Part shown: piece after piece, positions 1-8,905 of the stretch
Layout of the letters: each line of letters begins with the position of its first letter
Numbering within the stretch: the stretch's first letter is position 1
Source of the DNA: an uncultured Gammaproteobacteria bacterium
GTDB taxonomy: Bacteria; Patescibacteriota; Microgenomatia; UBA8517
DNA length: 64,000 nucleotides
Assembly (NCBI GenBank): GCA_964610395.1
Contig: CAZSXP010000002.1
Coordinates: 10,192 to 74,191, forward strand
Reading direction: 5' to 3'
Notes under the pieces: generated by a model
Told to the model about the DNA's origin: nothing
Database searches by the model: none
What the model saw: only the letters and a program-made list of their open reading frames with translations
Translations under genes and position numbers: made by a program

Positions 1-55
1 TGGCAGTTTCCATATGATTAGTATACCTCACTATCTGGTATAATTGCACTAATTT

Positions 56-142
56 GGTGGGGTCGCATAGTTGGCCCATTGCGGGGGATTGCTAATCCCC
101 TGAGTAGCAATACTCGCGCGAGTTCGAATCTCGCCCCCACCG
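56..142 (+). tRNA. tRNA-Ser (anticodon GCT), class II with long variable arm
   Basis: Cloverleaf read by eye: acceptor GGTGGGG/CCCCACC, anticodon stem GGGGA/TCCCC with loop TTGCTAA, long variable arm, T-loop TTCGAAT, discriminator G. CCA is not encoded. Confidence 0.8.
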
Positions 143-165
143 CAACTAAACATTAGGTACTATAG

Positions 166-253
166 GGTGAGGTCGCATAGAGGTCTAGTGCGGAAGTCTT
201 GAAAACTTCTGTAGTCAATTTGGCTACCGTGGGTTCGAATCCCACCCTCACCG
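166..253 (+). tRNA. tRNA-Ser (anticodon TGA), class II
   Basis: Acceptor GGTGAGG/CCTCACC, anticodon stem GAAGT/ACTTC with loop CTTGAAA, long variable arm, T-arm GTGGGTTCGAATCCCAC. Minus-strand track ORF 153..365 is its antisense translation. Confidence 0.8.
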
Positions 254-255
254 CA

Positions 256-291
256 AGAAGATAACAGGTTCGACCCCTGTATCTTCCGCCA
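256..291 (+). other. tRNA-like minihelix (acceptor stem plus T-arm plus encoded CCA); possible tRNA 3'-half remnant or att scar
   Basis: GAAGAT-AA-ACAGG-TTCGACC-CCTGT-ATCTTC-C-G-CCA: 6-bp acceptor-like stem joined directly to a 5-bp T-stem with a consensus 7-nt T-loop, ending in GCCA. Confidence 0.35.
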
Positions 292-341
292 GTTAGGAAA
301 TGCCTTTGTTGACTCCTATAAATATAATGGTATATTAAATT

Positions 342-899
342 GTGGACATAAAAAAAGATGATCAAAATCTAAATGAGAGTGAAGCTTTTGGCAACAAAAG
401 TTATCAGATGAATATTGCCTTTATGAGAGCCTACGACATTCAAGAAATTATTGAAAAACTAGAGCCCACTGAAGATGAGGTGTTTGGATATTTAACAGAA
501 CTCAATGCTTCCCTGTATAGTGAAACTACTGAATTGGGGAAAAAATTAGCTGGGGACAGTGTATTGGCTCTAGAAGGATTTGTTGAAATAACCGGTAACG
601 ATCCAAGACTAATCCAATTAGTTGGATTGTTTTTAGCGAGTGACGCATTAAAAGGAGCAGATGCCTCATTACTTGGAGAAAGTCGTCTTACTTTAGATCA
701 ACTTCATGGTGGTGGTTATTTGTTAGAAGATATTTGCCATGAAATCATAGTAGAAAATCCCTTCGGTCTTATTGGTAACCGGGAGCTTGGAAAACGGGAG
801 AGTAAATTTGATAAAGAACTTAAGGACAGAGTAGAATCGTATAGAGAACAAGGTATTTTACACGCAAGTAAAGACGCGGTTAAGGCGGCTATTAAATAA
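342..899 (+). CDS. hypothetical protein
   Basis: 185-aa ORF with no recognisable motifs. Confidence 0.4.
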   Translation: MDIKKDDQNLNESEAFGNKSYQMNIAFMRAYDIQEIIEKLEPTEDEVFGYLTELNASLYSETTELGKKLAGDSVLALEGFVEITGNDPRLIQLVGLFLASDALKGADASLLGESRLTLDQLHGGGYLLEDICHEIIVENPFGLIGNRELGKRESKFDKELKDRVESYREQGILHASKDAVKAAIK

Positions 900-926
900 T
901 AATTAATCTTACTCAGGAAAACTTGT

Positions 927-1526
927 TTATCTTGCAATAGTTAGGCTTTTGATATTTTTAAACCCTGCTTCTGTTAAAACATTTTTTGCTTCGTTTATGG
1001 TTGAACCTGTGGTATAAACATCATCGAAGAGCAGTACAGAGAAATTAGTACTTAGTACAAAGTTGGGATTAACGGCAAAAACTCCAGAAAGATTTGAACG
1101 ACGAACAGAACCTTTTAATCCAACTTGAGGGATTGTATTTTTATTTCGAACCAACAAGTTCGAAGCATATTTCCAATTCATTGCTTTTGCTAATTTCTCC
1201 CCTATTATCTCTGTTTGATTAAATCCTCTCCAATTTTCTCTGTGTTTATGTAATGGTATTGGAACTAAAACAGCATTTAGAAATTGGTGATTAGCCTTTA
1301 ATCTTTGAATACAGGCGTCAACTAATTCATCTGCTAAATCATATGCAAATTTATATTTTAATGAAATTATTGCTTTTCTAATTACCTCCTCATATTTAAA
1401 AATTGCATAGTTTGAATTATCACACCTCGCGGGTGATACTTTTTTAAAACACTCGTCACATATATATCTTCCCTCTTTCCCACACTCCAAACATTTTTTA
1501 GGAAAGAGCAAATCCAAGAGATTCAT
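927..1526 (-). CDS. comFC: ComFC-like competence protein (N-terminal zinc ribbon plus phosphoribosyltransferase domain)
   Basis: N-terminal CxxC...CxxC (KKCLECGK...CDEC) and C-terminal PRT motif VLLFDDVYTTGSTI, the typical ComF architecture. Confidence 0.7.
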   Translation of the reverse strand: MNLLDLLFPKKCLECGKEGRYICDECFKKVSPARCDNSNYAIFKYEEVIRKAIISLKYKFAYDLADELVDACIQRLKANHQFLNAVLVPIPLHKHRENWRGFNQTEIIGEKLAKAMNWKYASNLLVRNKNTIPQVGLKGSVRRSNLSGVFAVNPNFVLSTNFSVLLFDDVYTTGSTINEAKNVLTEAGFKNIKSLTIAR

Positions 1527-1527
1527 A

Positions 1528-1977
1528 TTGTATAATCATAACTATATGAAAGTTTTTAATAAGAAAGCAAGTTTTGAATATGAATTAACCAGTGAAAGGA
1601 TAGAGGCTGGCTTGGTTTTAAAAGGAATTGAAGCTAAAGCCTTTAGAGATGGCAGGATAAATCTCTCTTCCGCCCATGTCAGAGTATTAGACGGCGAGAT
1701 ATATTTAATTAATGCAAACATCGCTGTTAATGACGTAAGGGGATATGAACCAACAAGAATGAGGAAATTACTTTTACATAAAAATGAAATACTTTCCATT
1801 ATTACCAAAATGAAACAGAAAAAGTTGCAAATTGTGCCCACCGTGATGTATAATTCTAGGTCTCGAATCAAACTAGAACTAGTTTTAGGAAAACCAAAAA
1901 GAAAGTTTGACAAGAAAGAAAGTATTAAAGCAAAAGATATCCAAAGAGATTTGGGTAGAGAATTAAAATGGGGATGA
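1528..1977 (+). CDS. smpB: SsrA-binding protein SmpB
   Basis: SmpB-like conserved blocks (KGIEAKAFRDGRINL, RKLLLHKNEI, C-terminal K/R-rich tail). Located immediately upstream of the tmRNA. Confidence 0.85.
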   Translation: MYNHNYMKVFNKKASFEYELTSERIEAGLVLKGIEAKAFRDGRINLSSAHVRVLDGEIYLINANIAVNDVRGYEPTRMRKLLLHKNEILSIITKMKQKKLQIVPTVMYNSRSRIKLELVLGKPKRKFDKKESIKAKDIQRDLGRELKWG

Positions 1978-2338
1978 CCGGTTTCGACGGATAGCTCTTT
2001 AACAAAACAGCAAGCCAAGTTTGATAAACACTTGTCAAAAGATATCAAAAACTAAAAGCAAACTCAAAAAGTTTTGCTCCTAGTTACCAATATGCTTTAG
2101 CATATTCATAACAGGCGTCCTGAGGTTTGATTCTCGATCGAACTGACTGGGTGTAAACCAATTCGAGATGCTACTTATTTTCTTTTGATTTAGAGGAAAT
2201 TTGTAAAAGATAATTAAATCTTACCTATAAATTCCTGTCGATTGGATAAACTTATGGGGAAATATTATTAATCGAATAAGCTTGTAGAAGTTTTGTTTTT
2301 AAGTTTTTCGGATGTGGGTTCGATTCCCACCATCTCCA
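1970..2338 (+). ncRNA. ssrA: tmRNA (ssrA)
   Basis: 5' end GGGGATGACCGGTTTCGACGG matches the conserved tmRNA 5' block. 3' end GGATGTGGGTTCGATTCCCACCATCTCCA is a tRNA-like T-arm/acceptor pairing with the 5' GGGGATG. Putative tag ORF starts at GCA about 89 nt in (ANSKSFAPSYQYALAYS then TAA). It directly follows smpB and overlaps its stop. Confidence 0.8.
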
Positions 2339-3845
2339 CATAATTAGTTTTTGAAGCTGTCGGGCTAGTAATTAGCCCGATAACAGGGTCTAAATCAGCG
2401 GTTCCAAATCCTGAGAGTTTGTCATAAATCAGTTTTCTTCCAAAATACATATTAAAGATTGTTCTTTTATCCTCTCCGTTATCACTTTTCCACAATACCA
2501 TGGGGTTTTTCAATGTTTCTAATACCAAATCTTTTGCGGTTCCAAACTCTGAATCGGAGTATTCCGACACCTTAATTTTCTCTAAACCTTCCTTTTCTAT
2601 AATCAGCTTTTTTATCTCCCCCTCATATACTGACACCAAATCATCAGACGTTTTGACTAGTCTCATTTTTAGCTTTTCCAATGACTTGTCTATTTCAACC
2701 AGCTTACTAGTGTTTGATTCACTAATCTCATTGCTAGAGGCTCTACGTTGCGTCCAGACGTCATCTAAGATAGCCTTAGCTAAATCCACAGCACCAACCA
2801 TAGGTTTACTTGCCGATAGTAAGTTTTTAAAATTTGTTTCGACATCGTTTGCATGGATTGATTTATATCGATAAGGACACCCTTTAGTTTTACACGTATA
2901 GTTAGCATAGTATTTACTTCTACCTTTGTTTCTGCTCCCAGTAAGAGGTTTTTCACATTTCGAGCATAAAATTAATTGGCGTAGTGGGAAATCTGGGTCA
3001 TAGTCTTTTCTGATACCGTATTTTTTATTTCCTGAAAGTCGTTCTTGAACCTTATCATACGTTTCAATTGAGACAAAACCCTCGTGATGACCTTTTCTTC
3101 GAGATACTCCCCAAGATTTAAATTCTATATAACCAGCATAAAGTATCTGAGTCAAGGTCAATCTTGCACCATTAAAAGATATTATTCTTTTAATTCCCAT
3201 TGATTCAAATTCATGATTAATGAATTGTTTAACATCATTAATTGTTGATAACGACCCATCCGCAAATGATTCAATTGCTTGTTTATATACTCCAGCATAG
3301 GGCTCATTGGAAACTAATAACTTACCATGAATAGGATTCCTTTCTGTTACAAGTGCTAATGGATGACCAAAAGACCAATAACCTTGTTCAAGCCTAGCTT
3401 TTTGCTTTTGAATTACTTGTTTCCTATTTTGATTCCTTTCCAGTTCAGCTTGTGCCGCAAGAACTGTTTCTACAAACTTACCCTCTGGAGTATCTTCAAA
3501 TTTAAAATTAGGGCTTTCTACGCTTCCATTTCTGCCATAGATTTCCTTTTTTAATTGAAAGTGTACTTGTGTATCTCTAGCGAAGCGTTTTAAATCATCA
3601 AAAACAACAATCGTATTTGTCGGTTCGTGAATATATTTCTCAAGTTCAGACAAAAGCTCTTTCATGGCTGGTCTCTCAAACAAACCGCCACTTTTGCCTT
3701 CGTCCCTAAATATACCTACGACTTTATATCCTTGTCCAATAGCATAGTCTCGACACCTCTTTTCTTGACTGTCCAATCCATGTCCTTCATTAACTTGTCT
3801 CTCAGAACTTACACGAGAATATATTAAGCATTTACGATTTTCCAT
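2268..3845 (-). CDS. large serine recombinase (integrase)
   Basis: N-terminal resolvase-type catalytic motif (LIYSRVSSERQ...GHGLDSQ), recombinase domain, zinc ribbon (CSKCEK...CKTKGC) and coiled-coil. The track ORF begins with a TTG at 3869; the first ATG (MENRKC) is at 3845. Its 3' end reads antisense through the tmRNA 3' end (GIEPT translation). Confidence 0.8.
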   Translation of the reverse strand: MENRKCLIYSRVSSERQVNEGHGLDSQEKRCRDYAIGQGYKVVGIFRDEGKSGGLFERPAMKELLSELEKYIHEPTNTIVVFDDLKRFARDTQVHFQLKKEIYGRNGSVESPNFKFEDTPEGKFVETVLAAQAELERNQNRKQVIQKQKARLEQGYWSFGHPLALVTERNPIHGKLLVSNEPYAGVYKQAIESFADGSLSTINDVKQFINHEFESMGIKRIISFNGARLTLTQILYAGYIEFKSWGVSRRKGHHEGFVSIETYDKVQERLSGNKKYGIRKDYDPDFPLRQLILCSKCEKPLTGSRNKGRSKYYANYTCKTKGCPYRYKSIHANDVETNFKNLLSASKPMVGAVDLAKAILDDVWTQRRASSNEISESNTSKLVEIDKSLEKLKMRLVKTSDDLVSVYEGEIKKLIIEKEGLEKIKVSEYSDSEFGTAKDLVLETLKNPMVLWKSDNGEDKRTIFNMYFGRKLIYDKLSGFGTADLDPVIGLITSPTASKTNYVEMVGIEPTSEKLKNKTSTSLFD

Positions 3846-3987
3846 ATTTTTCTTCAATTGTTTTACCAACTACTCTCTCACACAACCCATAAAGCTTAAT
3901 CAATATACTTTCGACCTCTTGGTCGTTTAGGTTGTCGTTTTTAAGCACTTTTCTCGCCTCTGCAACAGTGATTTTTCTTTGTACCAT
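3832..3987 (-). CDS. small ORF (51 aa) upstream of and overlapping the integrase start; possible HTH/RDF-like protein
   Basis: ATG...MVQRKITVAEARKVLK... read manually. Below the track length cutoff; overlaps the integrase start in another frame. Confidence 0.25.
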   Translation of the reverse strand: MVQRKITVAEARKVLKNDNLNDQEVESILIKLYGLCERVVGKTIEEKYGKS

Positions 3988-4093
3988 AGCCACAATATGT
4001 GGCGCTTGGAAATTATGACTCTCACTGTTAAGCCTTGTTCACCTTACCTGTACAAGAAGCTAAACAACTTATACAGATGCGAAACAAGAAGCG

Positions 4094-4399
4094 CTACTTT
4101 TCTACTAAATTAAAATCTTCAAGATAAGTTATTAATGTCTTTCTATTAACAGTATCCTCATCTAGTTTCCACATATATTGTCCTTTTCCATCTCTACCAA
4201 CTTTTTTAATTAGATTTGCTCTCACAAGGGATGTAATCTTTCCACCCAAAGCTTGACTACCTTGTCTCATCCCACTAACACCAGAAAGCCTGGCTTGAGA
4301 AACAATGCTCTCTACAGCGAACTCTTGAAGAAGCTTTAACTGGTCTCTTTTCCAACCTCTTAATAAGTTGAGATTATACTTATCGTTATCATCTACCAT
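4094..4399 (-). CDS. hypothetical protein (possible winged-helix DNA-binding)
   Basis: 101-aa ORF adjacent to the integrase; weak wHTH-like pattern. Confidence 0.35.
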   Translation of the reverse strand: MVDDNDKYNLNLLRGWKRDQLKLLQEFAVESIVSQARLSGVSGMRQGSQALGGKITSLVRANLIKKVGRDGKGQYMWKLDEDTVNRKTLITYLEDFNLVEK

Positions 4400-4651
4400 A
4401 GATGACTATAATAGAGCATAAGTATTTAGTTTGTCAAGTGTTAATAAATTAAAATAATGACCCATAAAACGACCTCTTCTTGAATCAATTGTGCCTGAAA
4501 GAAACAAAAAAGTAAGGTTGTGTAAGGTAAAGATAGCATCTTATAGCTTCGCTAATCGATTAGCAGAAATAGAGAAAGTATGAAATAATTATTTTAATCT
4601 AAACAATAAATCCTGTGTATCTGCTATCAATGGAATACTAAAAGAAAGAAA

Positions 4652-4792
4652 ATGACAAAAAAACTTATCGGTTTATATAATGTTAAAAATTTGTTAAATA
4701 AAGACTACACAACAGAGCAGATAGGCAAAGCTATATACGAGGACATGATGAAGAAAATAAAAGAGATGAAGAAGGGAAAGAGTAAGAAGTAA
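4652..4792 (+). CDS. small basic hypothetical protein (46 aa)
   Basis: Manual ORF in the 440-bp intergenic region: MTKKLIGLYNVKNLLNKDYTTEQIGKAIYEDMMKKIKEMKKGKSKK. Confidence 0.2.
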   Translation: MTKKLIGLYNVKNLLNKDYTTEQIGKAIYEDMMKKIKEMKKGKSKK

Positions 4793-4841
4793 CTTAGATA
4801 TAAGACATAAAAACAGTTAAAGAAGAAAAAGACTAATATTA

Positions 4842-5408
4842 TTAATTATTTTCTTTTATTTTTTTCAGCCAAGTGTAATATTCTTCAGGAAGTTCATATT
4901 CATTGGTGGTAGTATTTTTTAATACATAATTTCCATTTTCATATCTCCACTCTTCAGATATACCAGATGTTGCATATAAACCTGTTTCATCCCAACTGTT
5001 GGTGTATGAAATAAATATACCACCACCTTTATCGTCCTCCATATTTCCATAACCTGGAACTTGAAATCCAACATTTGCTCCACCATTGTTTTTGAAAACA
5101 ACCTTCCCCTTATCAATTATCCATATCTCTCCAGCACCTCTATTCATAGTAGTAGGTACTTCGACTATGCTTTCGTACACTCCATCATTATCAGTATCGT
5201 ATGTACTATAAACAGGACATCTTCCTGTACATTCAGGAGCCAAGTTTAATGCTAATAATCTATTTTCCTCGGATAAAGCACTATTTTCTGAAATCAGAAG
5301 TTTATTCTTATTCCATACCTTAATATATAAAAGTAATACTAACAGGCAAATTAATGACAATATTGATACTATTGAAAGATGTTTTTTCATAAATTTTAAA
5401 TTAATCAT
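4842..5408 (-). CDS. secreted/membrane-anchored hypothetical protein
   Basis: N-terminal hydrophobic signal-anchor (LSIVSILSLICLLVLLLYI), then a soluble domain. Confidence 0.45.
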   Translation of the reverse strand: MINLKFMKKHLSIVSILSLICLLVLLLYIKVWNKNKLLISENSALSEENRLLALNLAPECTGRCPVYSTYDTDNDGVYESIVEVPTTMNRGAGEIWIIDKGKVVFKNNGGANVGFQVPGYGNMEDDKGGGIFISYTNSWDETGLYATSGISEEWRYENGNYVLKNTTTNEYELPEEYYTWLKKIKENN

Positions 5409-5440
5409 AATTTATTATACAACCATCCTGTAAAAACACT

Positions 5441-5674
5441 TTAGATATTGATGTTTATAAAATTCTTGGTATATTTGTATTTTTCAAACTTATCTATTTC
5501 TTCTTCTATATTTTTATAGACATCTTCGGTTATATCAACTAAAACTGGTTTATTATTCCAGTTTAGTTTTATATCCACATTTATATCATTGGTGGAAACA
5601 TTAATAATTTTATTTTTATTTATATTATCATGGTAAGAGCGGGAAACCCTCTTTTTAGTATACTTAGAAACCAA
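5441..5674 (-). CDS. hypothetical protein
   Basis: 77-aa ORF in the same minus-strand gene run. Confidence 0.3.
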   Translation of the reverse strand: MVSKYTKKRVSRSYHDNINKNKIINVSTNDINVDIKLNWNNKPVLVDITEDVYKNIEEEIDKFEKYKYTKNFININI

Positions 5675-5731
5675 CCCCTATAAGCCTCTTTTCCACAGTG
5701 GTAGGGTCGATATTTTCTATCAGGCAATATT

Positions 5732-6268
5732 TTATTTATTAACCTTATCTTTGATTACATTTTTTGTTTCTTTGTATGACTTGTAATAGAAATAGATAGG
5801 GAATGACCAAATCAATCCAGTAAAACCATTAAGTAGATTAAATATTGTAAACACTGTTGAAAAAATCAACATTCCCTTTGATATTTTTAGTGCATGGTTC
5901 AAATTTTCAATCCCCTGATGTTTAAGTTTCCACCCAAAATAATAATAGGGTGCGTTAAGTATGGCTGCAACGATTGCATCTGTTAAAACGTTTTCAATTT
6001 TAAAACCCACGACCATGGCAACAACAAACGCACCCACCGCTTTGAACATAGATAAATTTCCAGTCGTTAAATATGTTTTTTCCAACATAGATAATTGTTC
6101 TTTGTTCATGTTAGTTTTCGGCTCCTCAGTTAAAGGTGAGTGGCTCTTGTTGGATAAATTTTCTCTTTTTCTATCTAGAATTTCTTTGTTGACAGCAATT
6201 ACTTTGTCACAATTTTGACAAAATTTAGAGATTTCTATAACTTTTTTTCCACAATTTATACAATACAT
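5732..6268 (-). CDS. zinc-ribbon domain membrane protein
   Basis: N-terminal CINCGK...CQNCDK zinc ribbon followed by TM helices. Confidence 0.45.
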   Translation of the reverse strand: MYCINCGKKVIEISKFCQNCDKVIAVNKEILDRKRENLSNKSHSPLTEEPKTNMNKEQLSMLEKTYLTTGNLSMFKAVGAFVVAMVVGFKIENVLTDAIVAAILNAPYYYFGWKLKHQGIENLNHALKISKGMLIFSTVFTIFNLLNGFTGLIWSFPIYFYYKSYKETKNVIKDKVNK

Positions 6269-6274
6269 GTTGAA

Positions 6275-6610
6275 TTATTTTATATATTGGACATTACAAC
6301 TTTTAGAAATTTCTTGCATGGTTGTATTGTCGATGTTTTTATTATTATTTCCCATTTTTTCCAAATCATCTAATGTATAAACTTTTCTTATTTCGTTATA
6401 TATGCAATCACAAGAGTCTTGCGTGAATTTTTTTATACATTCTTCTGTGACCTGCTTTTTGAGTTGTTCGTCTATTCGGTCATTTCCTGCCATTTGTTCA
6501 ATGTAAGGACGAGAAAGACTAACGCTTAACTTAGCTAATAACCATCCTAAAATACCTAATAGGAATAATTTTCCCCAACTTATACCCTTTTTTTCTTTCT
6601 TTTCGTCCAT
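6275..6610 (-). CDS. hypothetical membrane protein
   Basis: TM segment plus Cys-containing soluble tail. The track start at 6685 overlaps the upstream gene; MDEKKEKK at 6610 is the more plausible start. Confidence 0.35.
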   Translation of the reverse strand: MDEKKEKKGISWGKLFLLGILGWLLAKLSVSLSRPYIEQMAGNDRIDEQLKKQVTEECIKKFTQDSCDCIYNEIRKVYTLDDLEKMGNNNKNIDNTTMQEISKSCNVQYIK

Positions 6611-6612
6611 AG

Positions 6613-6858
6613 CTATTTTTCTGAATACCGTTTGTCTTTCAAAACTGAACAAAGAAGGGTGCCAATTAAAAAAGCGAAAAACCAAGCCATACCAAATCCT
6701 CCCATAAAAAATCGTATTTCGTCGGTTAACTTATCTAAAAGTACCAACAAAACCGCAAGTACAAAAATAATGAGCAGAGGTCCGTAAAAAAAGATAAGTG
6801 ACCATCTTACAATTTCTTTCACATCCTTTGACTCGCCTGTCTTATATCTTTCCATCAT
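6613..6858 (-). CDS. small two-TM membrane protein
   Basis: 81-aa ORF with two hydrophobic helices. Confidence 0.35.
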   Translation of the reverse strand: MMERYKTGESKDVKEIVRWSLIFFYGPLLIIFVLAVLLVLLDKLTDEIRFFMGGFGMAWFFAFLIGTLLCSVLKDKRYSEK

Positions 6859-6943
6859 TGTCTTTGTAACTAGTAATAGTTTACCAAAATACTTATCTCT
6901 GCGCTAATGGTAGTTATGGGTCATTATCATCACTATATAGAAT

Positions 6944-7171
6944 ATGGGAAAACAAAGATTACTCACCAGGGAGGATAAGGGGCTCGCCAAGCGTATAAAA
7001 GAATTAAGAAAGGAAAAAGAAATATCCCAAGAAGAACTGTCAAATAGAATAGACGCAAATCTCTCCTATGTAGTTTATCTAGAAACAGGAAGAAGAGGAA
7101 CAAGTCTTCCAATGCTGTATAGAATTGCCAAAGCTCTTAATGTGAGGGTAAAAGACCTGTTTATTTTTTAG
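6944..7171 (+). CDS. XRE-family helix-turn-helix transcriptional regulator
   Basis: HTH pattern ISQEELSNRIDANLSYVVYLETGRR...LYRIAKALNV. Divergent from the minus-strand gene run, 86-bp spacer. Confidence 0.65.
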   Translation: MGKQRLLTREDKGLAKRIKELRKEKEISQEELSNRIDANLSYVVYLETGRRGTSLPMLYRIAKALNVRVKDLFIF

Positions 7172-7338
7172 GAAAATAATTCTATATGGTTCATATAACA
7201 GGATGTGTCTGATTATTGGGTAGAATTATTGTTAACTGTGGCTAAATTTAATGCCACTGAAGAACCTTTCAGTACAAAATACCATTTAAAAATATAGTCT
7301 TGTATTTGGTTCCAACTTTGAGTTACGATGTCCACAAA

Positions 7339-8691
7339 TTATTTGAGTTCTATGTACATGAGTTTTGGTCCGGTTAAAAGAATTATTTTGCCCTCTTCTT
7401 CTGAAACTACTATGTCTGTTGCATTTTTTATTTCATCGTTTAGATACTGAAGTTTAAATTCTCCACTTTTGTCTATAGCGACTACTCTTCCTTTTTCTTT
7501 TTCTAAAATATATACATTTTTTAATTTCTCATTTGTATAAATTGCGGTTGGATTTATAAATTGTTCACTTATTCCAGATAATGAAACAGTTTGTGGGTTT
7601 CCTAATGTAAACTTTGATACTTTTCCAGACGAAGAGAGAAGCCAAATTGATCCGTCAATTGAAACATCTTTAATTTTTGAAAAATCCACTTCAACTCCAG
7701 GAGCTAGCCATTCAGTTTTTTGGCCAAAAGTTTTGCCACTTCCTGACTGTCTAAATATTTGATTATTACTTTTATCAATTATGTAAATATTCCCAGCATA
7801 TACGTAAAACAGAGAATTTTCATCTATTTCATATACTCCATCAAGTTTATCTAAGAACAAAGTTCCTTCATATGAGGCTATTTTTTTTGTATCACCTATT
7901 TCTTCTTTGTTTGCTGCAATTTTTGCTCTTTTGGTTTTGATTCCTACATTTATAATATTTTTATTATCACTATCAAATATAAAAATATCTTCACCAGAAG
8001 AAACCATTTGACTTCCGTTAAAACCTGAAGTTTGTAATGTTAAATCCAAAAACTCTTTTACTTCCACTTTTACTTCTCCTACAATTTCTGCTTCTTTGTC
8101 TGATATATTTTTAGCAAGTTCATCTAGTTTTTCATTTTTAAATCCAGCTTTTTTTAATTCATCTGTTATATTTTTTGAACTTATAAATAATTCTCTTGCA
8201 CTGTTTTTGTCCACCACTCCTGTAATAGCTGATTCATAATTTGAAATGGCTTCATCTAGTTTAATTAAACTTTGTTTCTCAAAATCTCTATTATTTTTTT
8301 GTCTTACACCGAAGGTGACACTTACAATTAATAAAACTAAAAGAATTATTCCTACAGTAAGTGTTGTTTTTCTACTTTGTATGTTTGATTCATTTATTGG
8401 ATTATCTCTTACAAAAATTTCTTTTTGTTTATTTTCTCTTTCTTCTTCAATTGTCACTACTAATTTTTCTAAACCTTTTTCAATTGTATAAACATCTCCT
8501 ACTTGGGGAATTCCTGAAATTGAAGTTTTTTTATCTTGTGTTTCACAAAGTGTTACTGTTTTGTTATTTCGAAAAACAGTAGCTTTACAAAAAGGTTCTG
8601 TAGAAACAACTATTTTTTTAAAAAAGAAACGAATTGATCCCACACCTTCCAATTTTGGTTGACCTACATTTGATATTAATTTTAAGGACAT
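7339..8691 (-). CDS. hypothetical membrane-anchored protein with large extracytoplasmic domain
   Basis: Single TM (TVGIILLVLLIVSVTF) about 130 aa in, followed by about 320 aa of beta-rich sequence. The track start at 8712 overlaps the upstream gene; MSLKL at 8691 is likelier. Confidence 0.4.
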   Translation of the reverse strand: MSLKLISNVGQPKLEGVGSIRFFFKKIVVSTEPFCKATVFRNNKTVTLCETQDKKTSISGIPQVGDVYTIEKGLEKLVVTIEEERENKQKEIFVRDNPINESNIQSRKTTLTVGIILLVLLIVSVTFGVRQKNNRDFEKQSLIKLDEAISNYESAITGVVDKNSARELFISSKNITDELKKAGFKNEKLDELAKNISDKEAEIVGEVKVEVKEFLDLTLQTSGFNGSQMVSSGEDIFIFDSDNKNIINVGIKTKRAKIAANKEEIGDTKKIASYEGTLFLDKLDGVYEIDENSLFYVYAGNIYIIDKSNNQIFRQSGSGKTFGQKTEWLAPGVEVDFSKIKDVSIDGSIWLLSSSGKVSKFTLGNPQTVSLSGISEQFINPTAIYTNEKLKNVYILEKEKGRVVAIDKSGEFKLQYLNDEIKNATDIVVSEEEGKIILLTGPKLMYIELK

Positions 8692-8692
8692 T

Positions 8693-8905
8693 TTACAAAA
8701 TAATAATAGCAAAAACTAAGACTGCAATGGCAAACAGAAGATGTATGATTGATAATAATTTAAGTTGATTTTCAAAACCAACTTCTAATGTAGTTGTCAT
8801 TAATTGAACTTGACGAACAATAACAAAAGCAAAAATTATATATAAGACAAGTAGTATTAATATAAAAATTTTAATAACTGGCCAAATAGATAATGATAAA
8901 ATCAC
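8693..8905 (-). CDS. small membrane protein
   Basis: 70 aa, two hydrophobic helices. Confidence 0.3.
   Translation of the reverse strand: MILSLSIWPVIKIFILILLVLYIIFAFVIVRQVQLMTTTLEVGFENQLKLLSIIHLLFAIAVLVFAIIIL

Larger units (their letters stand above)
2268..7171. mobile_element. putative integrated island at the tmRNA 3' end (right boundary undetermined)
   Basis: Serine integrase abutting the tmRNA 3' end, followed by a small HTH-like ORF, secreted, Zn-ribbon and membrane hypotheticals, and an XRE regulator. No direct repeat of the tmRNA end was located by eye, and serine-integrase att sites need none. Confidence 0.3.

Noticed and set aside
153-365. 70-aa minus-strand ORF (…VGFEPTVAKL…)
   Set aside because: It is the antisense translation of the two tRNA-Ser genes (GFEPT is the classic T-arm antisense peptide), not a gene.
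1542-2048. 168-aa minus-strand ORF overlapping smpB and the tmRNA 5' end
   Set aside because: Antisense to a well-supported SmpB CDS and the tmRNA; low-complexity AT-rich translation.
2500-3827. Several plus-strand ORFs (2500..2874, 3363..3554, 3627..3827) inside the integrase
   Set aside because: Antisense frames of the serine recombinase with Ser/Phe/Leu-rich compositional artefacts.
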